The position numbers were made by a program, and so were the translations under genes. This document shows positions 62,543 through 64,000 of a DNA stretch of 64,000 bases, one piece after another. Below the pieces are notes generated by a model. The model worked only from the letters and a program-made list of their open reading frames with translations, made no database searches and had not been told where the DNA came from. This stretch comes from Somniosus microcephalus (Eukaryota): assembly GCA_052327205.1 (NCBI GenBank), contig CM126217.1, positions 21,948,001-22,012,000 of the forward strand, in the 5' to 3' direction. Each line of letters begins with the position of its first letter. Positions within the stretch are counted from its first letter, which is position 1.

Positions 62543-64000
62543 AACTGTAGTTGATTAAGCCAGGTTTGGTTAGTACAACTGAACAGCCTGTACAATATCC
62601 CATTCTGACACCTCATAACATTCTAAAGTGTCATTACAATATCCCAGAGCTGGGGAAGGGCAAATATTGCAATTTGCTTTTAAACACAATGGATTGATAT
62701 TCATATACATAAACACTTAATGTGTTTGTATGAAAGTCCTTTGAGTGCTATTTTAACAAGGCAGTAACCCACTTATTTCTTTGTCGAAATAGTGGACAAA
62801 TTAATTTCATTCAAATAATGTTAAACTGGGTCACTATTGTACAGCATAATTTCAGCCCATAAACCAATTAGGATGGAATATGAGCCTGTAAGGCAGTTTC
62901 ACATTTCATCATCTATTTTGAGGCACTTCTGTTATGATCTGAAAATACATTATTAATTTCCTCCATCCAGAGATTACCTCAAGAGCTTTAGCATTAAGTC
63001 AAACAGAGTTGCTGTTGGCTTTTCTTATTCATGTTAATCGCTGGCTCCTACAAGCATAGAGAAAGCCCTCCTGTACATTTACCACAGGAAGTGAAGCATG
63101 GCCCGTGTCATTCAAGGGTCACTATGGAGTCACCAAAACTAAGCCGTGTTGTCACCCAGGTTTCATTCAGGTATACTGGTGGCTGTGTGGCATTTTCATA
63201 TTATGCCCTCTTGAACGGAATACAGTTTTACAATTCTAGACTTTGCCGTTCCAAAACAGACGTGGGTTTGGGGAGAGCTCTTTGCGTTCGATGACTCTGA
63301 GTTGGAGATTTGGTGGTTATTAGCGGTGGGGGGGAAATTTAAATAATGAACTTTGGCTAACTTTATGTGCATCGCATGTTGGTAGTAGAAGATTAAATAA
63401 GCCTAGCAACAAAACTGGATTAAAAAAAAACCTCTCATAAATCCTACAGAGGATGAACAATTAAAGGACAAACGATCAGAACATCAGAACAGACGTCCCA
63501 GGGAAGGGCTTTTAATATTTTAAACATTACAAGTTGTACAGTATAAAACTTCACTTACTGTGATGGGTGCATTCAAATCCGGTGTGACAAAAACTCTTCA
63601 TTTTAGCATTTTATTGAAGAAATCTAAGACATACTGATCTCAAACTTGAAGACGTGTAAGCCTTGAAATGGCTGCTGCTGATAGCAACAGATCGACGCTT
63701 ACTGCTTTAGTGTGATCTCTGTCCGCTGTTCTCATATGGCCGTTAGATCGGGTTAACACCTCTGCTATAACAGTGAATGTCACGTAAGCACGTTAGCCTA
63801 GATTTTTTGAACGACCGTAACCCATTTTTGGTTAATGCCAATTGGCACATCTCATTTCATCTCTGAAATCGCCATCAGTAGTTTCTGGACTGCAGGGTGT
63901 CTTTCACAGGGATCTGAGGTAACTCTGGAAGGTTGCCTATGTACATTTTTGAACGGTGCCTCACGCTGCAAAGGCGATTATTCACGGACCTGTAAACAAA

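Noticed and set aside
63031-63294. Possible next contactin exon (EVKHGP)
   Set aside because: The following residues lack the F..EP and Ig cysteine pattern, and the phase does not fit the upstream phase-1 donor.

Overview
Eukaryotic, repeat-rich DNA, almost certainly from a cartilaginous fish (shark), judged by HE1-type V-SINEs, SacSINE1-type Deu-SINEs and HER1/CR1 LINEs. It reads as long intronic DNA of a + strand gene. I can support only one host exon: 38665-38802, with 83 nt of 5' UTR plus 55 coding nt encoding a signal peptide, MWFLFSHFFALSFICCLA, that resembles a contactin first coding exon. The rest is decayed CR1, L2, RTE and Penelope fragments, several SINE families, a set of MITE-like elements (GG...RAWWTT termini, 3-bp TSDs), four tandem arrays (36 bp, ~27-29 bp, 35 bp and a G-rich GGGATT tract) and a 253-nt N gap. 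The longest ORFs in the track are repeat artefacts. The most notable items are a Penelope-type minimal hammerhead ribozyme, a hairpin-bearing MITE that inserted into a satellite and was then co-duplicated with it, and a uORF-gated signal-peptide exon directly downstream of a 2.7-kb minisatellite. I see no convincing new multi-gene system. Boundaries of decayed repeats are approximate, and family names come from recalled consensus sequences, not database searches.
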